The notes beneath the pieces are model-generated. The model did no database searches and was not told the origin of the DNA. It worked only from the letters and a program-made list of their open reading frames with translations. A stretch of 55,843 bases of DNA, the filler included, from Sphacelaria rigidula (Eukaryota): assembly GCA_964200075.2 (NCBI GenBank). It is 3 parts of 3 records of this genome, joined end to end, with 100 filler letters (N's around TTAATTAATTAA, not from the genome) between each part and the next. Parts side by side here need not be neighbours in the genome. Positions count along the whole stretch, not along the records: positions 1 to 18,550 come from CAXNAA020000838.1; positions 18,651 to 37,200 come from CAXNAA020000839.1; 1 more part is not named here. One strand, written 5' to 3'. A program made the translations under genes and the position numbers. Positions 9,291 through 19,940 of this stretch are shown in pieces; position 1 is the stretch's first letter; each line of letters starts with the position of its first letter.

Positions 9291-12200
9291 CGGGCAGACT
9301 CAGCTCTATCGGAAGCTGCTCTTTTTTCTAGCTTCCGAACGTTCTCTGTCGGCCGCGACGGTTGCTAAAGCGCGGGCTGCAGTAGAGGACAAAGGACGGT
9401 CAGGTGTATCCGTATCGGACAAACCTAAAATGCGGGCCGAAACATCAGCCAACTTCGGAACCACTTGCCTGGGCCTGGGGGTCTCCGAGCCCGAGGCGGG
9501 AAGAGCTGCACCGGACCAGTTCCAGGCCAATGCGGATGAGGCGGAAGAGTTGCCTCCAGCGTACTTGTTTTTCGGCTTGCGAGGCGGGCGGTTCGGTCCG
9601 GAACTGCTGGAAAAAGATCCTCCACCGCCATGGCGGCGGCGTGAATTCCCTCTCCATCGATATCATCGTCGTCGCGCCGGTGATTTTTCTTCTGTCCCCG
9701 GCAGTTGGATGTTGCGGGAGTCCACCCATCTTCATCTTCGTCTCCGTTGAGGGTAGCGCCGGGATGAACGTTGAAGGCAGCGCGAAGCGCCGCAAAAAGT
9801 TCCTCGACCGCTTCAACGTAAGTGTGGTGGTCCCGGTGATCGCCAATGGTAGTCTGCAAAACCAGTTGGCCCAAGGTGAGCACCGAGACACCTGCCTTGG
9901 GGAGGAAGCCGTTCTGTTCGACATACACGCCAACCGTGTAAAAAATACGCTGGGATATCAAGGCCCAGGCGGTTGGGGAGCAGTGCAGGTGGTTTCGCCG
10001 GTCGAAGGGGCCGGTATAGGTTGACACAGGACAAGAAAGCCCTTCTCGTTCGTGAGACACCAGCCGCAAGTTTGGCGAAGAAACTGTGTGCAGCACCGAG
10101 CTAACTCCGTGACGCGGCGGTGTCGAAGGCGTCGTGATGGCGGCAGCGGCCGCAGCAGGCGCCGTCCTGTTCGACTTGCGAGGGATGACATACGTCGCTC
10201 TGTTGGACGCCGGCAGGTGGGGCCTGAGCAAGTTGTCGATGGAAGGCGGAGTGGCTTGATAATCAGTCAGGCGGGCCGCCGACGAAGTCGCTGCTTGAGC
10301 GGTCCGCTGAACATGATCTTCGAGTTGACGAACCCGTCTTTGAGCCGCCGTAGCCGCAGTACGGCTTTCGCCCAGCGCTCGTTGAGCCGCCGTGCTCGTG
10401 GATTGAGCAAGGGAGGCCTGCCGCTGGAGATCCTTGAGAGTACTCGCGTGCTTCTCCATAAGGAGGCGGGCAGCGGCGGCGTCGGCGTCGCGTTGTTTGC
10501 CGAGGATGTTCCTGCGACTCATAGTCAGCGACGAGTTGTTGCTGTTCTGCGCGTGGCCGGTTGGTGAACAGGCGTAAGAGCAGGCCGGTGGGGCAGTGCT
10601 CATCGGCAAGCGGAGGGAGAACCTCCACGAAGGGGGCAGGGCGCACAGGGGCCGTGGTGGAGCCGCTATCGGCATCCGTGTCGATAGCAGACGGAGCGGC
10701 GGCGGTTGTATGAGCCGACGCAGGGGCGGCCGCAGGCGCAGCAGTCGCGGTAGCGGCAGCAGGAGCTCCGGGAGCGCGAATGGTCTTGCTGGCAGTAGCG
10801 GTAGTGCGTTGGGCGTCCATAGTTGCTGTCGCGAGTTGCCGTTCGACGTCTGTCAAACGTTGTCGCAGAGAACGAATAAGCGCACCGTCGGAACGGGACG
10901 GTGGTTCGCGGTCAGTGCGTTGTCGTCGGTTGTGCGATGAGGTGCGGTCGGATCCTGCAAGTGAGGATTCCGGAGCCGGTGACATGTCCGATAAATATGT
11001 TTTGGATATCTTCAGCATGTACAGTGTTATCATTGCGTACATGACGGTTGTGTGACAAAGGCTGAGCAGTAGAGATGCGCGAAGGTGCATGATCGGAGTT
11101 GTTTGAGCGCGAGTTAACGCGCGAAGGACTTGATCTGGGCCGCAAGGCATCCTCGTGAGTACGGCTATGGTTAGTGTTCACCGGGCGCTCAGGAGCGCGG
11201 GATGAATTGGAACTATGGCGTGAACTACCTTCATATTTGTGTCCATGAGCGATATTCTTCGGGCGTGTGGAAGCGCGCGATGAATTCAAGCTTTGCTTGG
11301 AGTGGCCCTTAGAACTGCTAGAACGGGAGACATGGTCATGACCAAGTCTCGGTGTGCGGCGCCGGTCAGAAGCGCGAGTACGGCTCTGCTGCGACGTTGA
11401 GGAAGGGCTGGACTCATGTTCGTTGAATTTATCATGAGTAACGAACGGAGGGCGCGATGTCGCCGAACGGGTCGCCAGACGTACGGGTTTGGGCGTCGCA
11501 GGTGCAGAATTATCATTGAATTGCACATGAGCAGACACCGACTGATCTTGGAGCGTGGCGTGGCAAAAAGCCGTAAATGCCTCGATGAGAGCTGGCGCTG
11601 GCGATGGCGATGACGCGGAGGAGGTGCGATGCAGAGTTTGCATGGCAGCATGCATGGCCGTAACTGCAGGTTCGACATTGGACTGCGCAGTAGGGCGCAT
11701 GGGACTATCAAGAGTCTTGCGAAGGGGGTCCGTAACGGAAGCAGCCCGTGTGACAAAGTCTCTTGCTCCAGAAGCGATGCGCTTTGTCGGGACAGAATCG
11801 TCTCGAGAGTTGTCAGCCGTCAAGTGACGGGATGCCACGGTTGAAGCAACCGTGACAGGGCCGAGCTGGACACGTGTGTCCAGGGGCAACGACTCGACTG
11901 AGGGCACAATCCTAACTCCGGATTCCACGTTGGGATTCGGGGGAGCAGGGGCCAGCGAGGGGTGTGTGACGGAATCCACCGTTATGGGCTCACTGACATA
12001 CGCGTCAGGAACCAATGACCTGGCCGGGTGCACTACTATGTTCTCTGGGTCCGAGTCGGAACGTGAGAGAACAGGTCTCGGCGTCCAAGTCTGGTCTTCA
12101 AGTGTTGAAGAATGAGCTTCGCTCGAATGTTGGTCTTCATATCCCAAAGAACAAGCAGCACTCGCATACGTGCGGCGATGTGTTGAAGGTGGCGTACCGC

Positions 12201-12303
12201 TTATCTTGAAAGATTTCGAACCGCCCGTAGTTTGACTCCGGGTCCGGCGGAGCGATTGGTTTCCCAATTGAGGGGAAGAGCCAGCGTTATTTTTGTGCGA
12301 CAT
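9290..12303 (-). pseudogene. Long N-terminal extension of Gag (Ser/Pro/Thr/Ala-rich, coiled-coil segments, one possible globular patch)
   Basis: Overlapping ORFs 10912-12303 (ATG start), 10263-11150, 9425-10675, 9445-9933 and 9306-9530 join by single frameshifts and lead into the Gag core. Confidence 0.65.
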
Positions 12304-13937
12304 GATAATCGTACGCAGCCTTTGTGCTTAAAAAGGAAGGTGTAGTATGCTGATCTGCGGCTCTAATCAAAGTAGCGTGACACCAGGTGATGCTACGTGC
12401 AGAAGCCGAAGCTTGATCCGGGAAATACTGGATAATGAAGCCTAATAGCGCCTGAGGGGACCGTGGGATCTGATTTACTTGAGTAATTTATTCAAGCGAA
12501 TTGCGGTTGGTAACAAGTATGCCCGGGGTCTGATTAATACAACTTTATTCAAGTTGTGGCGGTAATAGCTAGCACGGGGTTGTGCACAGAACAGGCGTAT
12601 GTTGTCGAAGACAAGCGAAGACCCGATTGTCTGTAGCAGCGTTGGTGCGTGGAAGAACAACTGACACCTGTTCCGGATGTAAGATTCCAGCCCAAGTTGA
12701 GGAACGACTGGCGGTGTGCAAATGAAAAGAACTAAAGATATATATATATATATATTCTCAAATGCGCACGAAAAATGTGCAGCGTAAGGCAGCACAAAAG
12801 CTTTTACAAAGCTTGGGTTGTAGACCGCGAACTCCGACTGCGGAGTGCAGAGCAAAGGCTTGTTATCCAACGAAGTTGGGACAACGTATGTATGCGGAAC
12901 AAAGATGGTGTGATGCACAACAGGGGCAACGCTGAGGGCGGGTGCCGACAACGTTTTGAATGCACAGGCAAGGGGCACCGATTTCGAGTGCTGTCTGTTC
13001 AAATGAGCGCGTAACGGAGCTTGAAATGTTTCAACCAGTGATATTTCAACAAAATCGTCTCGGAACAATGAATTTGTTCGTTCGAGAAGGGTTCAAATGA
13101 GAAAAAACTCACAGTGCGTTATGATGATGTGTATTGTTACTTACCACGGTGATGTACCGCGTTGCCTTACGGTTGTGCGAGGTACACAAGAGGACAACAA
13201 GAACAAGTAGCCACCAGCAACGAAGCTAAAGCTACAACAACAACAAGGTCGCTACGAGCAACGAAGGTAAAGTGCCGGAACAACCCAAGGTTCGTGTGCA
13301 GATGTCCGTTATCACACTGTGTGAACACGGTTTGTACTTGTTCAGTAATTTCGTGAAGGAAAGATACAACAGTTGCGTACAATCGATACTGACAAATAAG
13401 AGCAGCAGCGTGCCGGCTTGGCAGGAGCTTAGGTCAGGAACAGCGGCTGGCGATGAACAACAGTACGCCTTTGTGCACTGGTGTTCTGTACAAACCTGTA
13501 GTAGAAGGCTTATTCTGTAGAAGGAAAGGGGGCCACAAGACCAAATACACGAGCCAACGATGGCTTGGTGCGGGGGTCGAGCCGGGCTGGTGAATCACGA
13601 AAAGATTCACAGCCGTGCAGGCGAATTTGATACCGTGGGGCCTTGTACAGGTGATGTCAAATTGACAGCACGGCAAGAATAGCAAGCAGTGCGCGTTGAC
13701 CCCACGTTGACCACACAAGATGTGGCATCGAGCTCTACAGCAATTGCAAGTAGCAAGGCACGAATACACTTTACCGAGGGACACACGGGGCAGAAGCTCG
13801 AGAGCTACTGACTACCTGGCGGTAGATTTGACCACAACTCCGAAGGGAAAAGGGGAAAACGATCAAAAAGCTGGAGTACACAGCCGGCAGTCTGGGATAC
13901 AAATCGGTACAAGAAAGAAGCGCAATAGCCAAAGAAG

Positions 13938-13955
13938 CTCCTTAGTCAAACGCCA
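13938..13955 (-). promoter_or_regulatory. Primer binding site
   Basis: TGGCGTTTGACTAAGGAG lies 1 nt inside the 5' LTR end. It is complementary to a tRNA 3' end ...ACGCCA; the tRNA is not identified. Confidence 0.7.
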
Positions 13956-13956
13956 A

Positions 13957-14462
13957 TGTAATAAAGAGCAAGCGGCAGTGTAATGCAAGGACACAGCTTA
14001 CTACCCAAGGCACAACCTTGGCAGACAAGTGTACAACCGTCAGGTTGCTACAACTTGTAGATACCGTGTGATCTGCTCAGCATCCAAATATCAGACGAGG
14101 TTCACGCGAATAGGTTCTTCACTTCTCTCTTGATTATCTTGATTCTAACTCCAGTACCCACTCAATCCGTCCAATTCAACCCAATGCGTCTCACCGATAG
14201 CTAGGCTTCTTTTGCTGGAGGCCAATAGAGGAGCAGTTGATAGTGGCTGATGAGGGGGGCTTTGATCGTGTAGCACGATCAAATACAAAGCCATCCCTGT
14301 AATTATACAGGTTCACATTCGCATCCGACCAACTCTGAACAGACCTGTAGTCTTGTCTACCGGGATTCCTTGTCTACCGGGATTCCCAATACTACCGAAA
14401 GCCAGACTTCGACAACGGTTCTGAAGCGGCATGACCACAGGCTAGTATGCATCTTCATGACA
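13957..14462 (-). repeat. 5' LTR (506 bp)
   Basis: On the minus strand it begins TGTCATGAAG and ends TTATTACA. It contains a 17-bp tandem duplication at 14352-14385. Confidence 0.93.
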
Positions 14463-15127
14463 TAACCCATCTGGATCACGCATACTTTCCCCAGTAAAAT
14501 TGATCGTGATTCAGAAGGTGACCGGGTCTTTTATCGGGATCAAGCACACCTTTTCAGGTGAAATTGATGCCAATTCAACAGAGGACCTACTCTCGCCGTC
14601 AGAGGGTTAACCGCGTGACCGCGGCGGTTGTTCATCATGGACCATATACAGCCATACAAAGCGGTACAGTAAGTAAGTGACTGAAATGTTGTGCAGAAGA
14701 AATTCTTGTCAACATGCGTGGCGTCGTGCACCACCACCGATCACGGTAATCTGACGACGGTCAAACGGTTAACCCTCAGACCGCGATGCGGGTAGTCCAT
14801 CTGAAATACGCATACTTTCCCCAGTGAAATTGATGCCAATTCAGCAAGTGACCTACCCTCGTGGTCAAAGGATCAACCGTTTGACTGCAAGGATCGGTCA
14901 TCGCAATCAAGCATACATTTTCAGGTGAAATCGATGCCGATTCAACAAATGACTAACTCTCGCCGTCAAAGGATCAGCCGTTTGACCGCGGTGGTTGTTC
15001 ATCATGGGCCATATATAGCCAATCACAGCACAACAGCAGGTGGGCGACTGATAAGATGTGCAGAAGTAATCATCGTCAACGTGCCCGGCGTCGGGCACTG
15101 CCACTGACCACGGCAATCCGACTACGC
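14463..15127. mobile_element. Tandem cluster of piggyBac-type (TTAA-CCC...GGG-TTAA) mini-MITEs with a duplicated spacer
   Basis: agagggTTAA at 14601-14610 and TTAAccctcagaccgcga at 14769. 14540-14760 is repeated at 14907-15127. Confidence 0.75.
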
Positions 15128-15239
15128 AAAAGCCGAGAAGCCACACTCATAGCTTCCGGATTGGCTGGTGAAACTGACCAGCGCCAAATCCACTGTGTCA
15201 AACGGTTGAGAACGTCACTGGTACCGGAGAGACATAGAG

Positions 15240-15487
15240 GAGTCATGCTACGATAGGGGGGGGGTGTTTGATTCCACGAAAAAATGGGCTCATAAATGCT
15301 TCAGACGACCTGACACACTCGCGGTGCGCTTGTATTTGGGTAAAATCGGTGTCAAGCAGTATGAATGAGCATTATTTATCGGAAGCAAGCGTGTTTGAAC
15401 AACCGTTGCCACTATGAACGACGATTCCCAGTAGAATTTCGTGGAAGAAAACGGCCCAAAATACCCCCCCCTATCATAGCATGACTC
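15240..15487. mobile_element. MITE with GAG termini and 4-bp TSD (Sola2-like)
   Basis: ~30-bp TIR gagtcatgctacgatagggggg / cccccctatcatagcatgactc, flanked by AGAG on both sides. A second left end is at about 18466. Confidence 0.85.
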
Positions 15488-16119
15488 AGAGGTTCCTTTG
15501 CATTGACGGGTGAAGATTAGGTCACTGGTTCCGGGGAAATAAGGTGCTTTAGATTTTCATGAGAGAAAAGTCAAACGGCTCGGTGCGTCACTGGTGTTGA
15601 AGGTTCCGCGCGTTAAATTCCAAGGGGGAAAGAGATGTGAAAAGTGCCACGGAAACAGGCTGCGGTTATTCCGAGTAGGGAAACTTTAGATTATGATGGC
15701 TAGGGAAATCACTAGTACCAGAGTGAATTCCGCGGAGAAAAGGGCGAATTCCGCGAAGGTCGAGGAAAGTGCCGACATAGGGCAAATTCACCCCCCGAAA
15801 TGGGGGAGCATAAACGGAATAATACTGGCCGCTGGCACGTCGGACTTCGGAGGAATGCTGCGCTGTCAGGCATCGCGACTGTTGCACCTGCGTACAGGTA
15901 CTCGGAATGCGGATAAACATAACATATAAGAATAATACAAGGTTTTTGGCGCTGCGCATCCCCGCTCAACGAAGCGTTACCCAAGGCAAAGGATGATGTG
16001 GAGTGTTGCAACCGACATCAGCCGTTGCCCACATACAGGAGTGCTTAGAGGCGAAGATAAGATCCAGAGATAACTCGTTCTCTTCTTTTTTCCTCTTTGG
16101 ACTTTCAAACATCGTCGAC

Positions 16120-16475
16120 GACGATTAAACCTGACCAAGAAAGAGCCGGAAGGAGGCAGAAAACACTGGTCCTACACAACAAGAAAGATCAGCGTGAAGC
16201 TCCACCCATTCTCCGTCCGAGAAATCCACGCGAAATGAACGTATTCAACCTTCAAAAAACGACAAACCCTGAACGAGAATCAAGAATGGAAACGAGGCAG
16301 AAGACACTGATCGTACAGAACTAAAGAATAACCGTCATTCTCCACCCATCCTCCGCGTCTCAGATATCTGCCCAAAATGAACCCATTTCAACCTTCGAAC
16401 ATGGGCAAACCTCGACCGAAAATGAAGAATCTCATCGACGCAGAAGACACTGGTCCTGCAGAATCAAGAACTACC
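16120..16475. repeat. Degenerate tandem repeat, ~142-bp unit, ~2.4 copies
   Basis: gcagaa(a/g)acactg(g/a)tc recurs at about 16155, 16297 and 16440. ctccacccat and ttcaaccttc recur at the same period. Confidence 0.8.
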
Positions 16476-17152
16476 CATGAACGGATATGACAGCATCGAC
16501 AGTAGTATGAAGAAAAAATGTAGAAATCACTGTTGCCCGTCAATGAGACAACAACGTGTAAGACCGTATTTTATGGCAACGAATGTCGATTTTTTTAGAC
16601 GGGACCGCAAATTCGCGAATACAAAATCGGGAGAGGGGACCGTTTTATGGTACAGACGTCATCATAAATTTGTGGCGAAGTTATGTAAACCGACGACCAT
16701 TTCCTGCACGAGTGTGGTATTGCGTACTTGTGCATGAAGCCGAAGAGCAGGCAGGCGGTAAATAATCCTTCGAGTACAGTGCCGTACCTTGGTTCCCTAG
16801 GTTAATACAATGCATAACACCCCATTTAATACAGTGCACAATCATGCCGTATGGTATAGTACATGATGACGGCACCGTCGTTATCGCGAGAAAAGTGAAC
16901 AATCAGTTCGCGAGAAGAGTTCAGCAGTGCAGTGCCACAAACCACCCCTCAAGTACAGCGACAACAGACGAGGAGAGTACAGTACCGTTTGTTATAATAG
17001 TGATACATGTGGCAGCGCAGCGCAGCATCAAATATTACCATCGCCGCAGGGTACGGCGTCAGCACTCATTATCCGTTTGTCAAACCCCGTGCAAAGCTGC
17101 TTCAGCAGCTGGTGCGGGCAGGCACGCCCTGCGCTGCCACGAGAAGCACCGT

Positions 17153-18057
17153 TTTTGTGAGATTGGGAATAGAGCGCTGATTGAGAGCGACTTTGATTAT
17201 TCGCTGTAACTTACACATTATTTCATTCCGTGTGTGCTTCTCTTTGCCTCCATCATTGGCGTGTGCATGTCGATATCCTACTCAGGGATATCAAAGGTCT
17301 CAGTGGCAAGCTATCACAGTAAACAGATTGGACCTCGTGGAGGGGCATTTCGTAACTGAAACGATTCATTCACTAACTGACCGCTTTTCACTCTCACTCG
17401 TATCCTTTTCTCTCAATCTCACGAAATCACTGTTGAGACTGTCTTCTGCTGCGATTGCGAAAGTATAAAACGTCTCCTACCCTACCATTGTACGTCAATG
17501 CACGGACGCCATCTCCTCAAAATCGGGGGGATGAGTCACGATCTCGGACTGATCTCCCGATCTTTGAAAAACAAATCGGGAGGAATCGTTCTGAGATCGC
17601 AACACCCCGATATTTTCGGGCCCCCGATTTGGTCCATGAAATGCGTTCCCCGATTTTTTTCCCCCGATGTGAAAAAAATTGAGATTAGTGACTGCCATAA
17701 AAAAATAATGTTGATTGATTGATTACCGGTATCTCACATTAGATTAACTGATTGCAACAATCCAGCCTGTGGTCAGGAGCGGCAAAAAAAGATTAGAATG
17801 AATGATGAAAGAAAAAAGAAGGGAAGAAGCAGAAAAAGACAAAAGCAACGACCTCAGAAGGGAAAAAAGAAAAAAGAAAGGAAGCAGCGATGGTCTGAAA
17901 CCCTTGGTATCCCTCAGTAGGATATCGACGTGTAGCTGTAAGCACACGCCAGTGATGTAGGCAAAGAAAAGTAAACGTGAAATGAATGATTGGCAAACTT
18001 GAAGCGAATGATAGAACACACTCGCAATCAACGCCCTACTCTCAATCTCACGAAACC
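17153..18057. repeat. Inverted pair of ~150-bp repeats (about 17153-17302 and 17895-18057)
   Basis: ctttgcctccatcattggcgtgtgc...gtcgatatcctactcagggata pairs with tatccctcagtaggatatcgac...gcacacgccagtgatgtaggcaaag. Confidence 0.75.
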
Positions 18058-18112
18058 GTTGCTACCTGCTGCTAACACACTATTGTGAGGTAAAAGGTCC
18101 CAAAAGGATTAA

Positions 18113-18212
18113 CCCTTAGACCGCGAGGAGGGTAGTCCATCTGGATCACGTTTACTTTTTCAAGTGACATTGATGCCGACTCAACAGATGACCTATTCTC
18201 GCCATGTAAGGG
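18113..18212. mobile_element. 100-bp piggyBac-type mini-MITE
   Basis: TTAA-cccttagaccgcgag...taaggg-tcaa. Same family as 14773 and 32578. Confidence 0.75.
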
Positions 18213-18236
18213 TCAAGGACTACACCAGCATCGACA

Positions 18237-18462
18237 CTGTGTGTGTGTGTGTATCACACAGGGAAAAGGACAACACAGGACATTTTTCTTCTTCATTTGT
18301 CATAGTTCTCCACCTTCCTTTTGCGGTGCTTGCCTTTTATTTTTTATCGCGAGAGGGGTTCAGCAGTCCCTTTCCCTCGCCGACCGTAAGGTCGAGTTTT
18401 GTGTACCCACGACATCGTCTCTCTCCACTGTTGGGCATTGTGTGAGAAAAAAATCGAGATCG
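18237..18462 (-). mobile_element. SINE family A, partial copy
   Basis: Reverse complement of the body of 34428-34752, with a (TG)n tail. Confidence 0.75.
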
Positions 18463-18550
18463 CTTGAGTCATCCTACGATAGCGGGGGAGGTATTTTGGG
18501 CCATTTGTCGCCCGAAATTCGAGTCAGATCGTCGTTGAAAGCAGCAACGG

Positions 18551-18650
18551 NNNNNNNNNNNNNNNNNNNNNNNNNNNNNNNNNNNNNNNNNNNNTTAATT
18601 AATTAANNNNNNNNNNNNNNNNNNNNNNNNNNNNNNNNNNNNNNNNNNNN
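18551..18650. other. Assembly gap with artificial TTAATTAATTAA linker
   Basis: 44 N + TTAATTAATTAA + 44 N. An identical construct is at 37201-37300. Confidence 0.95.
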
Positions 18651-19687
18651 GCCCAATTCGTTTCCGGTGATGAGATATTGCTCTGCCAGGTTAAATCCGT
18701 TTCTGGGCTGGCCCAGCTCGTAGCACGCCCAGCTAGATCATGTGCATCGACATACTTCGGAGCCTTTAGCAACGGCAGGAGAAGGTCGCGATCGCGAGCA
18801 TTTCGGGGAAGGTGAAATGAACCGCTGCTGAGGAGCCAACCCGACACAAGGATCGACACGGCGGCGCGATCCCGATGCAGTTCGAAATCACCTCTTCTGA
18901 CACCCGACGGCGACATTTGCGTTATCGACCGCCGCCATGAGCGTCTCGTACGCGACCTGTGTGACGGTACCACGCGGTTGCAGAGGAAGGTCGGACGGAA
19001 GTACGTGGAGTTGTACGGTCGGCATTTGGATACAGTGTATGTTCTCATTACTACGGCTCGGCGGCACCTGGCGTTGTACACCGCGTGGTTGCTGCCCCTC
19101 GGAAATGGCGTCCACAACGTGAAACCCTGAGGAGCGGCAGCGACGCGTTCATAACCTCTGATTCTGTGTATGGTCTTCACGTGGCGGATTGATCGAAGCC
19201 TGAAATGGCGCCACGGTCGAAAAAATATCACATCGGGGAGATTTCGGTGATGGAAACGGATCAACAAAATTCTCCAGAATTGTTCTTCACCTGGACCCCA
19301 ACGTTCCGGTGATCGGGACCAAATTTTAATAGCGTGTAGTGGTCATCAATAGCTGCCAAGAATGCAACGATATATTGAGGGACTGGTGTGGATACAACTT
19401 TTATTTTCCGGGTTTTCATCCTCGAAGACAAGCTCCATCATCACTGCTGCACGAAAACAAATTCTGGATACGTGGGCCCCAAGATCGAAAAAATGAGTTT
19501 TTGAGGGGCGCTTGCCGGAGGGACGGACACACGCCTAGTCTGTTATCCCCTAGTTTATAGCCGATGCGTCGGTTTATGTGGTCAGCTGCTATGTAAACGG
19601 ATCTCTGACATGGAGGCCGCCACGTAGGGCCAACGTTCGCGAGATACTTCACTTACCATGCTTGCATTTATGGGATCATCATGATCT

Positions 19688-19940
19688 CCGATAGCCCCCC
19701 CCCCCCCCCAAATAAAAAAGTGGCTGGTTTGGGGAGGCGGAACATACACGTGAATCGGAATGAAGAAAGCCGAGCACAACGAGCAACTGAGAATGCCCAC
19801 GCTTGGGTTCGTTTTCGCCAATGTCGCCGGTATGATGAGGTGCTTGATGCCTGAGTACAAACATCAGGTGCTGTTTGACCTTTTTCTTCGTGGCAATGTT
19901 GGACTGGTTTTCGGGGGGGGGGGCTATCGTAGAAAGCGTC
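19688..19940. mobile_element. MITE, same family as 55145-55343
   Basis: gatagcccccc ... gggggctatc ends. Shared body ggctggtttggggaggc...cacgtgaatcg...ccgagcaca. Confidence 0.7.

Larger units (their letters stand above)
281..14462 (-). mobile_element. Ty3/gypsy LTR retrotransposon, chromodomain-bearing, decayed
   Basis: Paired TG...CA LTRs, PBS next to the 5' LTR, and domain order Gag-PR-RT-RNaseH-IN on the minus strand. Confidence 0.95.

Noticed and set aside
1457-12209. Plus-strand ORFs within the retroelement as antisense genes
   Set aside because: They are short, motif-free shadows of the GC-rich minus-strand coding sequence.
12475-13068. 197-aa ORF in the retroelement leader as an env-like or extra gene
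   Set aside because: Non-ATG start, runs through a (TA)n tract, and has no recognisable motif.
15666-15822. MITE bounded by TTATTCCG/CGGAATAA
   Set aside because: Only 8 bp of inverted match and no second copy in the window.
18595-18606. TTAATTAATTAA as a biological motif
   Set aside because: It is centred in N runs twice in identical form, so it is an assembly spacer. ORFs crossing it are artefacts.
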